A stretch of DNA of 63,709 nucleotides, filler included, from Collodictyon triciliatum (taxonomy: Eukaryota), in assembly GCA_043381765.1 (NCBI GenBank). It is 14 parts of 14 records of this genome, joined end to end, with 100 filler letters (N's around TTAATTAATTAA, not from the genome) between each part and the next. Parts side by side here need not be neighbours in the genome. Positions count along the whole stretch, not along the records: positions 38,869 to 43,082 come from JBHJMP010006372.1; positions 43,183 to 47,396 come from JBHJMP010006373.1; positions 47,497 to 51,710 come from JBHJMP010006374.1; positions 51,811 to 59,399 come from JBHJMP010006375.1; 10 more parts are not named here. One strand, written 5' to 3'. Every line of letters starts with the position of its first letter. Position 1 is the first letter of the stretch. A model generated the notes under the pieces. It ran no database searches. It was given only the letters and a program-made list of their open reading frames with translations, and had not been told where the DNA came from. This document shows, piece by piece, positions 41,801-52,039 of this stretch. A program made the position numbers and the translations under genes.

Positions 41801-42113
41801 GTATCTTTTATTTGACTATGTTTATATTCATCCTTTGATTAACTTACTATTTAATAGAAATGAGAAGGCTCTGGAATACTATCACAAATCATTGGTAATT
41901 CGACTTAAAGTATATGGAGAAAATCACTCAAGTATTGGGGATACATACTACAATATGGGTAATCTACTCATGAAACAGAAGAAATACCAAGAGGCTTTCG
42001 AAGTGTATCAAAAAGCCAACACGATATTCAAGAGTGTCTATGGCGCAGACCATCCCCATACAAAGTTTTCAGAAAAGCAAATGGTGGATGCACAGAAGAT
42101 GCTGACCCAATAA
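38869..42113 (+). CDS. NACHT/STAND NTPase (NPHP3/TEP1-like) + 42-aa TPR array, 5'-truncated
   Basis: Walker B IDAFNQL, LEWLP, GHPLYLRIVLDELRVFG, WHD YAFSHQLLTQSIKERY. TPR exons at 40565-40690, 40749-40874, 40935-41060, 41122-41247, 41307-41432, 41490-41615, 41675-41800, and terminal exon 41858-42113. Confidence 0.93.
40501..41857 (+). repeat. Tandem exon+intron repeat, unit about 185 bp (126-bp exon + 57-64-bp intron)
   Basis: Eight homologous introns (mostly GTAT...TTATTTAATAG) alternate with seven 126-bp exons. Confidence 0.95.
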
Positions 42114-42925
42114 GTGACTCTTCTGTCACCCACCCCATCTAAACAACCCATTTATCCACCAATACACCACCCTCTCCACAAAAACAATACAAGTGAGCAC
42201 TATCTCGATGACTGCCCAACTGAATGAGTGCAGAAGACTGCTAGCTTGTTTGCAGAGGCTGGATGAAAAGAATAATAATAATAAAAAAAAAAAAACAACA
42301 ACCAACCTTTCCAGCAGTTGCCGATAAACGTGACACATCTCCTGTTTGTTTGATAATCGACCTTGAGTATGTATCTCAGGCTAAAAGAGAATGATTATGT
42401 GTTGGTTATCATTGTGCTACTGAGGCTGTATGCTTTCATTTGATTCATTCATATTATTATTCTTCGCTTGGTTTCAAGTCGCAATGTCAGCTTCATGGAC
42501 ACAATGTTTTCTTTTTCTTTTTGCGCCCATGATGATGGTGGTCTGTAATGATACATGCACTCGCTTTGTGTGCCTTCATTCTGTCTTATATTATATTCAT
42601 CGACTTACTTGAAGGCTGTCTCCATAGCCTTGACTGATTGCACTGTTGTCTGTTGCATATGCAGTTTTTGTTGTTTGGTTATTCGGCGAAGTGTTTTGTT
42701 GTTGTGTTTTGTGTTTGTGTGTGTTTGGTTGGCTCCGCAGTGCGATTAGTCTCGGTTTTTTCTTTGACATTCACCTGCTCACTACATTTCTTTTCGTTTA
42801 CTTTTTGTTTCTTCTCTTCTGTTTTCTTCTGTTTTCTTCTGTTTTCTTCTGTTTTCTTCTGTTCTCTTCTGTTTTCTTCTGTTTTTTTTCTGTTTTCTTC
42901 TGTTTTCTTCTGTTTTCTTCTGTTT

Positions 42926-43011
<86 letters not shown>

Positions 43012-43282
43012 TTTTTTTCTCTTTTCTTCTGTTTTTGTTTTCTTCTTTTTTCTTCTTTTTTTCTTTCTTCTTTTTTCTTTAANNNNNNNNNNNNNNNNNN
43101 NNNNNNNNNNNNNNNNNNNNNNNNNNTTAATTAATTAANNNNNNNNNNNNNNNNNNNNNNNNNNNNNNNNNNNNNNNNNNNNAAACAAACAAACAAACAA
43201 ACAAACAAACAAACAAACAAACAAACAAACAAACAAACAAACAAACAAACAAACAAACAAACAAACAAACAAACAAAACCAT

Positions 43283-43708
43283 ACCAAGCAGCTCACAAAG
43301 CTGGCCATACTGCGACTGGAGCTGATCCCATCTGTCGATGCGGTCTTGAACCCGGCCTTTCTCCTTGACTATAGGCTGGGCAGCCTGCGGATCCTGCCAG
43401 AAGGCTGGATCCTCTGTTTGCTTTGTGAGTTGCTGCAGAGCAATGCGCTCTTTGGCCCAGTCCACTCGCTTTGCTGCGCGGCTGATGGAAAGACGAATCT
43501 CGGCCATGACCTCGTTGGTGGTTTTGTCCTGCAGCTGGAACTCGGCTGCAGTGTGCCGGTTTCCTGCAGCGCCTTCGGCCGGATACTCTTCCTTCTGCGC
43601 GGCGCAGCGTGTGCTGAGAGACAGAAGCCGAGTGGCTCTCGTGGGCGGACGAGTCAGTGGCCCGCAGCGCAAACTGCTGCAGAACCGCACACCCAGAAGA
43701 GAAAGCAT
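43283..43708 (-). CDS. prfB: Mitochondrial peptide chain release factor 2 (RF2-type), first exon
   Basis: An Arg/Ser/Leu-rich presequence (MLSLLGVRFCSSLRC..) precedes VDWAKERIAL..TEDPAFWQDPQAAQPIVKE, matching the RF2 N-terminus. Confidence 0.85.
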
Positions 43709-44298
43709 TTCCCTTGACTGCGGCTACTTGCTATCGTGGCGGTAGGAGACGTGGAGGTTGTTTGTTAGTCGCGCTCTTGGGCTCCTTTTGCGTTGTTGCT
43801 TTGCTGCTTTGCTCGCCGAAGATGCACAAGAAGGCGCTCCCAGAAAACTGTTTTCTGACTGATTTTTGGGGGGTTTTTTTTTTAACTCTTCTTTTGTTTA
43901 CCTTTATTTTTTCTTTTAGTTATTCTCTTCCTCTGCGAAATAAATATATGTGTATATAAAAGGCGGTTTATGAGTGGTTAAAGTCAAAGTGTAATCAAGC
44001 GAAGAAAAGGAGAAAGAAGATAAAAAGAAGAAAAAATATATAAAAAAGGGGGCGGAATAAAAACACAGTTTGGCTTTCTCTTCAGCTTGTTGCTATCGCA
44101 GTCAGTATCCCTTCATGTTTTGTTGGGGTTATTTTCTTTTCGGTGGGGTGTGACGAGAAGCATTTGTAGCAGAAGCGACATAGCCAATAATACGAAGGCG
44201 AGGATGGTGCGTGTGTGCATATATGTGGGTGTGGTTGATGATGAAAACAAAATATTAGACCGGTATTTTCAACTGAAACAACACGGGCGTGTTCAGTC

Positions 44299-44626
44299 TT
44301 ACGACCGAGAGGACGACGGGCGAGAGGGACCCGCGCCGCTGCTCGAATCGGATGAGTACGGATTGTGCGAGTGGGTCTGTGAGAGACTCTGAGATACCCC
44401 AAAGGACGACCCCAGCGAAGACCCCGATTGCGCGGCAGACCTTCGTTGGTGGCCTCGTGATAGCCAAAAGAACTGGTTCATGGCTTCTACGAAAAACGGG
44501 CGGATGCTGTTGATCTCCATCGCACTGAGGTTTTTGAGCTAGGCAATCAGATAAGGGTTAGATGGTTGTGTGAGGGCTATGTGGATGCTGCTTCGTCAGA
44601 AGAAAAAGCGATGGATGGATGGATAC

Positions 44627-44724
<98 letters not shown>

Positions 44725-45988
44725 GGATAGATGGATAGCAGAATTTGATAAATTAAATGCAGATGATAATTGTGTAATTTTGTGCTGGTTGCATTACTGA
44801 ATATATATTTTTTCCTTTATTCGATTACTGAATATATATCAAAGACACACTTTCACGGCAGTTGTCTGTGGCTCTAATCCTTGCAGACCCTTTCGAACTT
44901 TGGCCGATCTGCATTCCCATATGTCCTCCAGCAGCAGTCTTACTTCTTGCATGCTTTCTATGTCATCGGGAGCGCTGAAAAAATTACAATTAGTATTTTT
45001 TGGCTTGCTTATATATCTTATTTATAGGGGAAAAATTGTTGGTTGAGGGAACTCGATATCTTAAATTGCATGCGTTATGTATTGCTCTGGTTTTTCGAGA
45101 ATGGATGAAAACAGTATTGATAATGGATATGGGCAAATAATCCCCTCTTTATTATCGTATTCAATAGTGATAAGTGGGGGTTGGAGAAACAATAAAAGTA
45201 TTTATGTTTTGTTTCCTTTTATTTTATTTTATTTTATTTTCTTTCTTTTCTTTTCTTTTGTTTTTTAGTTTTGTCATTTACTTTTCAAGGAGCTGTGTGG
45301 CTATTTCAAGGTAATGAAACGGCATAGGCTCGAATACGCTTTCTTCTTGTCTCTCTCTTTCTAATTTCTCCCGAAGAAAATCTATTAAGATTATTTCGAT
45401 TAAGATAGAAAGCAAATAGAATAGTAATAGGTGTATTCCAAAAGGTACACCACATTATTTATTTTTTTTTAAAAAAAGGGGGGTATAGCTCTTGCAGCTT
45501 TCAAAAAAAAAAAAAATTGAGCCCATCATTACCAGGCTTCATCCACGAAGGTGCTTGTATGGTGCATTTCTGTCGCTTTTTGAGAGATAGAGCGAACCAC
45601 AAGGGCACCTGCGTTGGGACGGCTGGCTGGAAAGGTCCAAATGACCCCTAAGACGAACAAAGTTGCGAGTAATTGGCTTATGTGTGGCCCGTTGTGTAAT
45701 ACTGCGATGAAATAGCAGGACATGAAGAGCAGTATGGCGTTTATAGGAAAAGTCGAGGTGAATCAGACGCAGGAGGCGTTCACAAAGCAACACAGGTTTG
45801 ATGAGTTCCCCCCTTTTTTTTCTTTTTATACATATATGGATATTGGAAAGAAAGAAAAAAATAGGTAATCTTACGCAAATAAGGTGTGCTTCCTCTAGCC
45901 TCAGTCTCGGTATTATTGTGACAAGCTCATCCTCTGAAAGAAACTCCATTTCAGAGGCAGAGAGGACACGGCCTGATGTTTTGGCCAT
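44299..45988 (-). CDS. GINS2: GINS complex subunit Psf2 (5 exons)
   Basis: EMEFLSEDELVTIIP|GSFGPFQPAVPTQVPLWFALSLKKRQKCTIQAPSWM|..PMPFHYLEIA|APDDI..EDIWECRSAKVRKGL|LKNLSAMEINSIRPF. Confidence 0.96.
44628..44738. repeat. (GATA)n microsatellite in Psf2 intron
   Basis: Direct reading. Confidence 0.95.
44793..44839 (-). mobile_element. 15-nt retro-insertion CGAATAAAGGAAAAA with 16-bp TSD in Psf2 intron
   Basis: ATTACTGAATATATAT at 44793-44808 and 44824-44839. Confidence 0.8.
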
Positions 45989-46398
45989 AACAATAACCCG
46001 CCAAAGTCTACCTTCATGTAGCGCAAGGTAAGTGGCAGTAATATACAAAAGCAACAAATCGCCCTTTGACTTCTTAAACTTTGGAGTAATAAATGAAAGA
46101 GAGAAAGAAAGAAAGGGCAATTGTGATCGATTGAAGTAAAAGTCATCGGTTAGTGAGTAGGAAGGGGCTTTCAAAGTGCTTTCTCTGCAGGATCGAGGCC
46201 AACAGTTTCCGTGGCAGCAGAAGGAGGATCGCATTCTTTGGTTTGAGTTTTTTCTTGCTCTTTTTTTTTCGGTTAGACTTCGCTGGAAAACGGAAATTAT
46301 TCTTGCAGAGCTCTTAAAAAGAAAGATCGAAAAAAATTTGACGATATTTCAAATACGGAATTTAATTTAATAACAATTAATTGACAATTTTAAATGAT

Positions 46399-47065
46399 AT
46401 GGATGGCTTGTAAATCTACTGGAAGTTTAAAAAATCATATTCCATTGATGTCAGTAACCCTGCGCGCAGGTTGTTCGATGCTTTAACTCAGAAATTGATA
46501 GTTGACAGATGGGAATGCCTGTACGGTATCTCGTTGCTTATTTCCTCTTCAGAATAAAATGTAGTGTGCTATATACCGACAGCAAGCGAAGCCCGAAATA
46601 ATCTGCCTTCGCCAAACGCGCTGCGTGGATCCTTGAGTGCGGCCAAAACTCGCCCCATTGAGACGCAGGCCAACAGATTTCACCTTGTCCATAGCGTGGG
46701 GTTTATCTGCTGCTTGATAGAATCTAAGTTTGTTCTTTTATAGAAAAAATATTCTCAAACCTAGTAATTAGTTTTCGATCCTTTTGTCGCTTCCCTTTTA
46801 CTTTTTAAAAGTTTTTTTTTGAACAATCTAACTTTTATTTTTATTTTTTATATTCTTTTTACCTTCCCTTTTGGAAGCTGGTATCATATGTGGTAGCGAT
46901 TCATTTTTTTCCTTTTCTATGTGTTTGTTTGAGAAAGTAAAACCGATCTTAAGCCTTTTAGTTTTTAACCAAATCCATGTTTATCTGCTGTCTATGATAA
47001 ATTATTGAATATGCAGATTGCATTACCAAAAGCTCATGGTATGTCGGCGAAGTGGGATGCGGTGA
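46399..47065 (+). CDS. Possible hypothetical gene divergent from Psf2 (5' exons)
   Basis: ATG GAT GGC TT|GT..AG|G TTG TTC GAT GCT.. (MDGLLFDALTQKLIVDRWECL) and further AG/GT-bounded segments. No family recognised. Confidence 0.3.
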
Positions 47066-47499
47066 AGAGTAAGATTACTGTGACCGTAACGCCGAACATA
47101 TATCTTATACATCCCATCTCTATTTTAATGAGGATAATCCCAACAGAAATCAACTTAATGACTTGTTTTTTGTTTGGATTATTGTCATGTAGATTTAGAC
47201 ATTTTAGAACATTTCTCAACACCACCAATATTTATTTATTTATCCACCCTTCATCGCATTGTAATTGTCTCGTGGCGCTACTCTCGTGCATTGGATTGTT
47301 AGGGATGGGAAGGGTGGTTACCATATTGCAATTAATATACTTGACGAAAACTCTTGTATAAGATTGTGTATGGGTTGCAATATTTACTGCTCTTTANNNN
47401 NNNNNNNNNNNNNNNNNNNNNNNNNNNNNNNNNNNNNNNNTTAATTAATTAANNNNNNNNNNNNNNNNNNNNNNNNNNNNNNNNNNNNNNNNNNNNAAA

Positions 47500-47788
47500 G
47501 ACAATTATGTACCTAAAAAAAGAAAACGAAGTTCTGCGCCAACCATCGATTGGCGGTGCTGACAGTGTTGGAAAATCCTCTATTCGCCCACCCTCGGCAG
47601 GTTCTGACAAGCGGCCGACCCAGGTGAGAATAACCATCCATACCCATTTGTTTGGACAAGAATATTACAAGAACCCAATATCATTCATCTATTTAAGTAC
47701 TTTATTCTCTCATGTGAGTGATTCGTTATCTCTCAAGGGGAAACCAGTGTCTCTTCCGCCTGTTCGTCGCCAAACATCATCGAACTAA
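47500..47788 (+). CDS. 3' end of an unidentified gene (two exons)
   Basis: TIMYLKKENEVLRQ..KRPTQ|GKPVSLPPVRRQTSSN* with a GTGAG...AAG intron. Confidence 0.45.
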
Positions 47789-48258
47789 ATCATCACGACA
47801 TATACACATGTTTATATCTTTTGCACAGTCCTGGTGCGCCATGTTGGCTATGTTCATCACATCATCAATCATAATAAATTAACTGTAAAGCCTCCGTGTC
47901 TTGGGCCAAGAACATGAAAAAGGATATATTTTGGTAGAATTCTCTTAAAAGTAAAAAAATAAAAGTATTTTTGTGATATAATTTTTATAAATTTTTGTTT
48001 GTCTAGGATTTTATTTTGGTGTAAAATTATTCATTTTACGGATTTATCTGTTTAAATGCTTGAGAAAGACAGTAACTAGGAGAGAGAAAACACTTGAATA
48101 AAAAAGACTATTGTTTAATTAACTTCATTGGGGTGGGGTTAAGTGCCGGAGTATATTTTTTTTAAAAAAAAAAATTAATAGAACTATTCAATAATTTAAT
48201 AATTGAAAAATTTTGAAGACAAACAATCGTGCATAGTGTGAAATAATCTTCCGGTACA

Positions 48259-51200
48259 TTACATTTTCTTCAATCGGACGAGTTTGTGAGGTGGATTGAA
48301 ATTAGATGGGGAGTGGGCGTCCCTAATTGACATTGGGGATGGGGACTGTGTTCGAGAAGGAGGTTGTGAATGGGATGCCAGTCCGGTGCCTGAGGTTGTT
48401 TTGAGAGGAGCAAGTATTTTGGCATTTTGTGTTGATAATCGCGCTGAATAGGCCTGCGGTGGAGATGAAGATATGTGCGCTGACAAACCAGGACTCGATC
48501 GAATAGCATGGGGGGCCGAATTTTGGGGGGTCTTTACATCGTGTGCACGAGAAAAGTGATGCCCGGAGAAGGAACCTTGGTGGGATGGGAGTTTTGGGGG
48601 ATGAAAATCAAGAACTGCATCTGAGCCGATCGATTTAAGTATGTTTAATTTCTCCAAGGCCTGGGGCGATATTCGGGGTTGTTGCTGAATCCGTTGGTGG
48701 TCGGACGACTGCCTTTGCTTAGATGGAGTGACTGGTTCATCTGGCGACATAAATGTGGGCAATCCGTTTTGGACAAGGAGGTCAGGCACTGAGTCTTGAA
48801 TATCATCACCGCTCCAACGCCGTCTGTTTCGGATGATATTCCTTCTGTATTCACCCATTCCATCTGGGGAAAGCTGATAGAGTGAATTGAAGAGTGGAAG
48901 AACAATAAAGTCGATGAAGCTGACGACCATCTTGTCCTGTGATGTGTTCTCTCTGTCCATGTAAGGAGAGATAGGCACATTATACTTTCTTTCCATATCA
49001 CCCTTTTGAAGTACCAATGAAGGAGGATGGAGAAAAAGAAAATATTAATATGCCAAGAAGGGGGGAAAGTACGATTTGTACATATTTAATTGGCGATAAA
49101 TGATGTTTTGAATATCGATGAACTATTCTCCTTTGTAAACATATTTCACAAATGATAATTTTTCACGAAAAATAAAAAAAATAAAAACAAACTTGACGCA
49201 ATCCTTCCTCAAAAATAAGGTTTCCCCAACGCTGGGATTGTTCCTCTGATTTTGCTACGTTTGATATATCAGCAGAATGTATTAGTATCTTCATCAACAA
49301 GATCTGATCGTCGCTTGTTTGACCCAGAAGCGAATTTGAGCTAATTCGAGTACTCAATTTTGCACACAGACTGAAATGATCTACAAAGGATATTTAAGAA
49401 TTATCTCTTTCGGTTACATAAAGAAAACACTAAATTGATATACATCCAATTTCTCATACAGTAAATTATGGTGATTTCAAAAAAAAATACGACATCATTA
49501 TATCTTTCAAAAAATCATGCATTTTTAATAAGTCCAAGTAATTATGTGCATACCGCTCATGTCTGTAGATAAAATCAAATCAATAACTTGTCTTCGAACT
49601 GCTCTGAATTGATCAGGTTCGAGGTTTGAAAGAATATTTGCATTAGAGTCGCGCAATATGTTGAAGGTACATGCGCAGTGATGATTTTCAAGAACAGAAC
49701 GGTCATTGTATAGAAGAGCCAGAGGGGTCAGCATATTAACGTGAAAATTGTTGTTAAATCCAGGGTGCTCGATGTCGTGACATATAGCAGATATGAAAAG
49801 AGATAGTTTGTTTAGAGGGGTCAATATGGAGAAAAGGCCTGGGTTTTTCTTAATGATTTGATAACATGTTTGCAGGACATCAAGAGCGTGTCGGAAAGAA
49901 TGATACGGGTTTGGTAAGTATCTTTTTTTGACGGATATAAGGAAATAGTGGATTATGTCGAGCCCTACACGAAATTCAGTACTAAGACCCAAGTCAACAA
50001 AAATGTTCACCCCAGAATCAATCATCTCATCATCTGTCAATTCAAACACGTCAAAGGCATCACTCTTGTAATCAAGATTTTTCCTGGACAACACATCAGC
50101 AAAGCCTCTCTCCAGACCAGAAAAACTGATATTTTGAGTATCCGTTTCTTGTCCGAGACATGAAGTATTCATTCCTCCCCCTGCATCGTCAGTCTTTGAT
50201 TCATTCATGGTATTAGTAGTAGCAGTGGAAGGCCTGGATATGTTGTCGGCTGTTGTGTCTGGAATAACTGTCTCTGTCTCCGTGCGAGAATCGTCAATTC
50301 TTGACAGAGAATCCTCCATTTGAAAGATTCCCAAGTTCATCTTGGAAGAAACTGTAGGAATATGAACTTTGGGGAAAAAATTTGTTGTTGCTGTGGATGG
50401 ATGTATATTTGGACATGAAACAGGCTCTTTGGAACAGACAGATTGAATCCATGATTTAGTCATTTCGTCTATGGGGACAGTTTCAAGGAGAATGTCAACT
50501 TTTGGAGCATATATATCGGTAGTGGCTAATGATTTCATTACATTGACAAGCTGAGTTCGGCATTTGTCTCTATCAAAAAATGAAATTTGCGATAGCTCAG
50601 AGATAGTTCTCATTATAGTTTGAATAGGTGTCTCTATAGCGTTAGTGAATTTTTGCTTCAACTGTTCAATCTTCTTTTCTGCTTCTGTCATGTTTAATTG
50701 TGCTGCCTGCTTCCATTCAGAATGTCCATGCTCAGCAACAGCGAGCCTAAATGACAGACGGGTGATTGTTTCTTTCATCGATTTGATTTTGCTGTCTGCT
50801 GCTCGAAGTCGGAGCTCAAACATTTCTTTATCTTGTATAATTTGATTCAGTCTATGGATTTCCTCCTCCAAATTTGAAATCTGGTTCTTTTTCTTTTTGA
50901 GTTTCGATATGTAAATCTTTCTCTCTTCGGCTCTTTCATACATAGATTGATTGTACTTTCGATAGTACCAGCTGCTTTTCAATACGTTAGCCACCGATGT
51001 TGTCAGATTTTCAGTGGTAATTGGAAGATGGAGAATATCGTAAGCCCCAGCGGCATAAAACTTGGTTCGTATTTGCATACTGTCGGAGATACTCATTCCT
51101 GGGTGCGATGGTGGTCATTTTTTAATTTTAAAAAATGGAATTGATTATGTCACAATAGATGAATCGAATAAACCATAATCATTCAAATATTCATTCAGTT

Positions 51201-51404
51201 AATTTTTTTCTTATTTGCTTCTCCTTTGAGAGTGAGGATAGGGAACCTATGACAGGGACAACAGATCGCAATTGATTTCTCAATATGTCGAGGAAGATTC
51301 CAGCCTCCATATCTGGGAGTTGTGATGAAACAAGTAAGAGATCGACAGTCCCATTCGGAATCATACTGAGAGCCTCAGCTCCTCGGTGTGTGTGATGAAC
51401 TATA
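48259..51404 (-). CDS. RegA-like class I cyclic nucleotide phosphodiesterase with N-terminal (pseudo)receiver domain, 5'-truncated
   Basis: REC-like GAEAL..DLLLVSSQLPDM..VPVI|GMS..GAYDIL; coiled coil; IETPIQ; PDE motifs YHSFRHALDV, HDIEHPGFNN, SVLENHH, TDM, HSADISN, QGDMER, FIDFIV. Confidence 0.93.
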
Positions 51405-51565
51405 GAGATATACAAATATGCTCATAAAACGGCGTTAATACATACATATGCAAAAATTGATGTGTAATAATATATGACATGCTCATTTTTTGAATTAAAC
51501 AAGTGCCATTATTGCATGTGTAACCAAGCAGAACAACAAAATGAAGATATTGCACAGGGTTATTA

Positions 51566-51710
51566 TTGTTGTTGTTATTGATGTTGTTGTTATTGATGTT
51601 GTTGTTATTGATGTTGTTGTTATTGATGTTGTTGTTATTGATGTTGTTGTTATTGATGTTGTTGTTATTGATGTTGTTGTTATTGATGTTGTTATTGATG
51701 TTATTATTAT
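51566..51710. repeat. 15-bp minisatellite (TATTGATGTTGTTGT)n at contig end
   Basis: Direct reading. Confidence 0.93.
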
Positions 51711-52039
51711 NNNNNNNNNNNNNNNNNNNNNNNNNNNNNNNNNNNNNNNNNNNNTTAATTAATTAANNNNNNNNNNNNNNNNNNNNNNNNNNNNNNNNNN
51801 NNNNNNNNNNGAAGAAAAAAAGAAGAAAAAAAGAAGAAAAAAGAAGAAAAAAAGAAGAAAAAAAGAAGAAAAAAAGAAGAAAAAAAGAAGAAAAAAAGAA
51901 GAAAAAAAGAAGAAAAAAGAAGAAAAATAAAAATAGAACCAATAGTAAAGAAAAGGTCTAAGAATTAAAAACTGAAATATGAATCTGTGAAGATTGGAAT
52001 CCTCAGTCTCATTATTCTATTGTATTCGAATACACAGAA

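Noticed and set aside
40501-41857. CRISPR-like repeat-spacer array
   Set aside because: Both alternating parts are homologous between units and are GT-AG introns and TPR exons in a eukaryotic gene.
42638-43138. Phe/Lys/Tyr-rich ORFs here and at other contig ends
   Set aside because: Translations of microsatellites and N runs.
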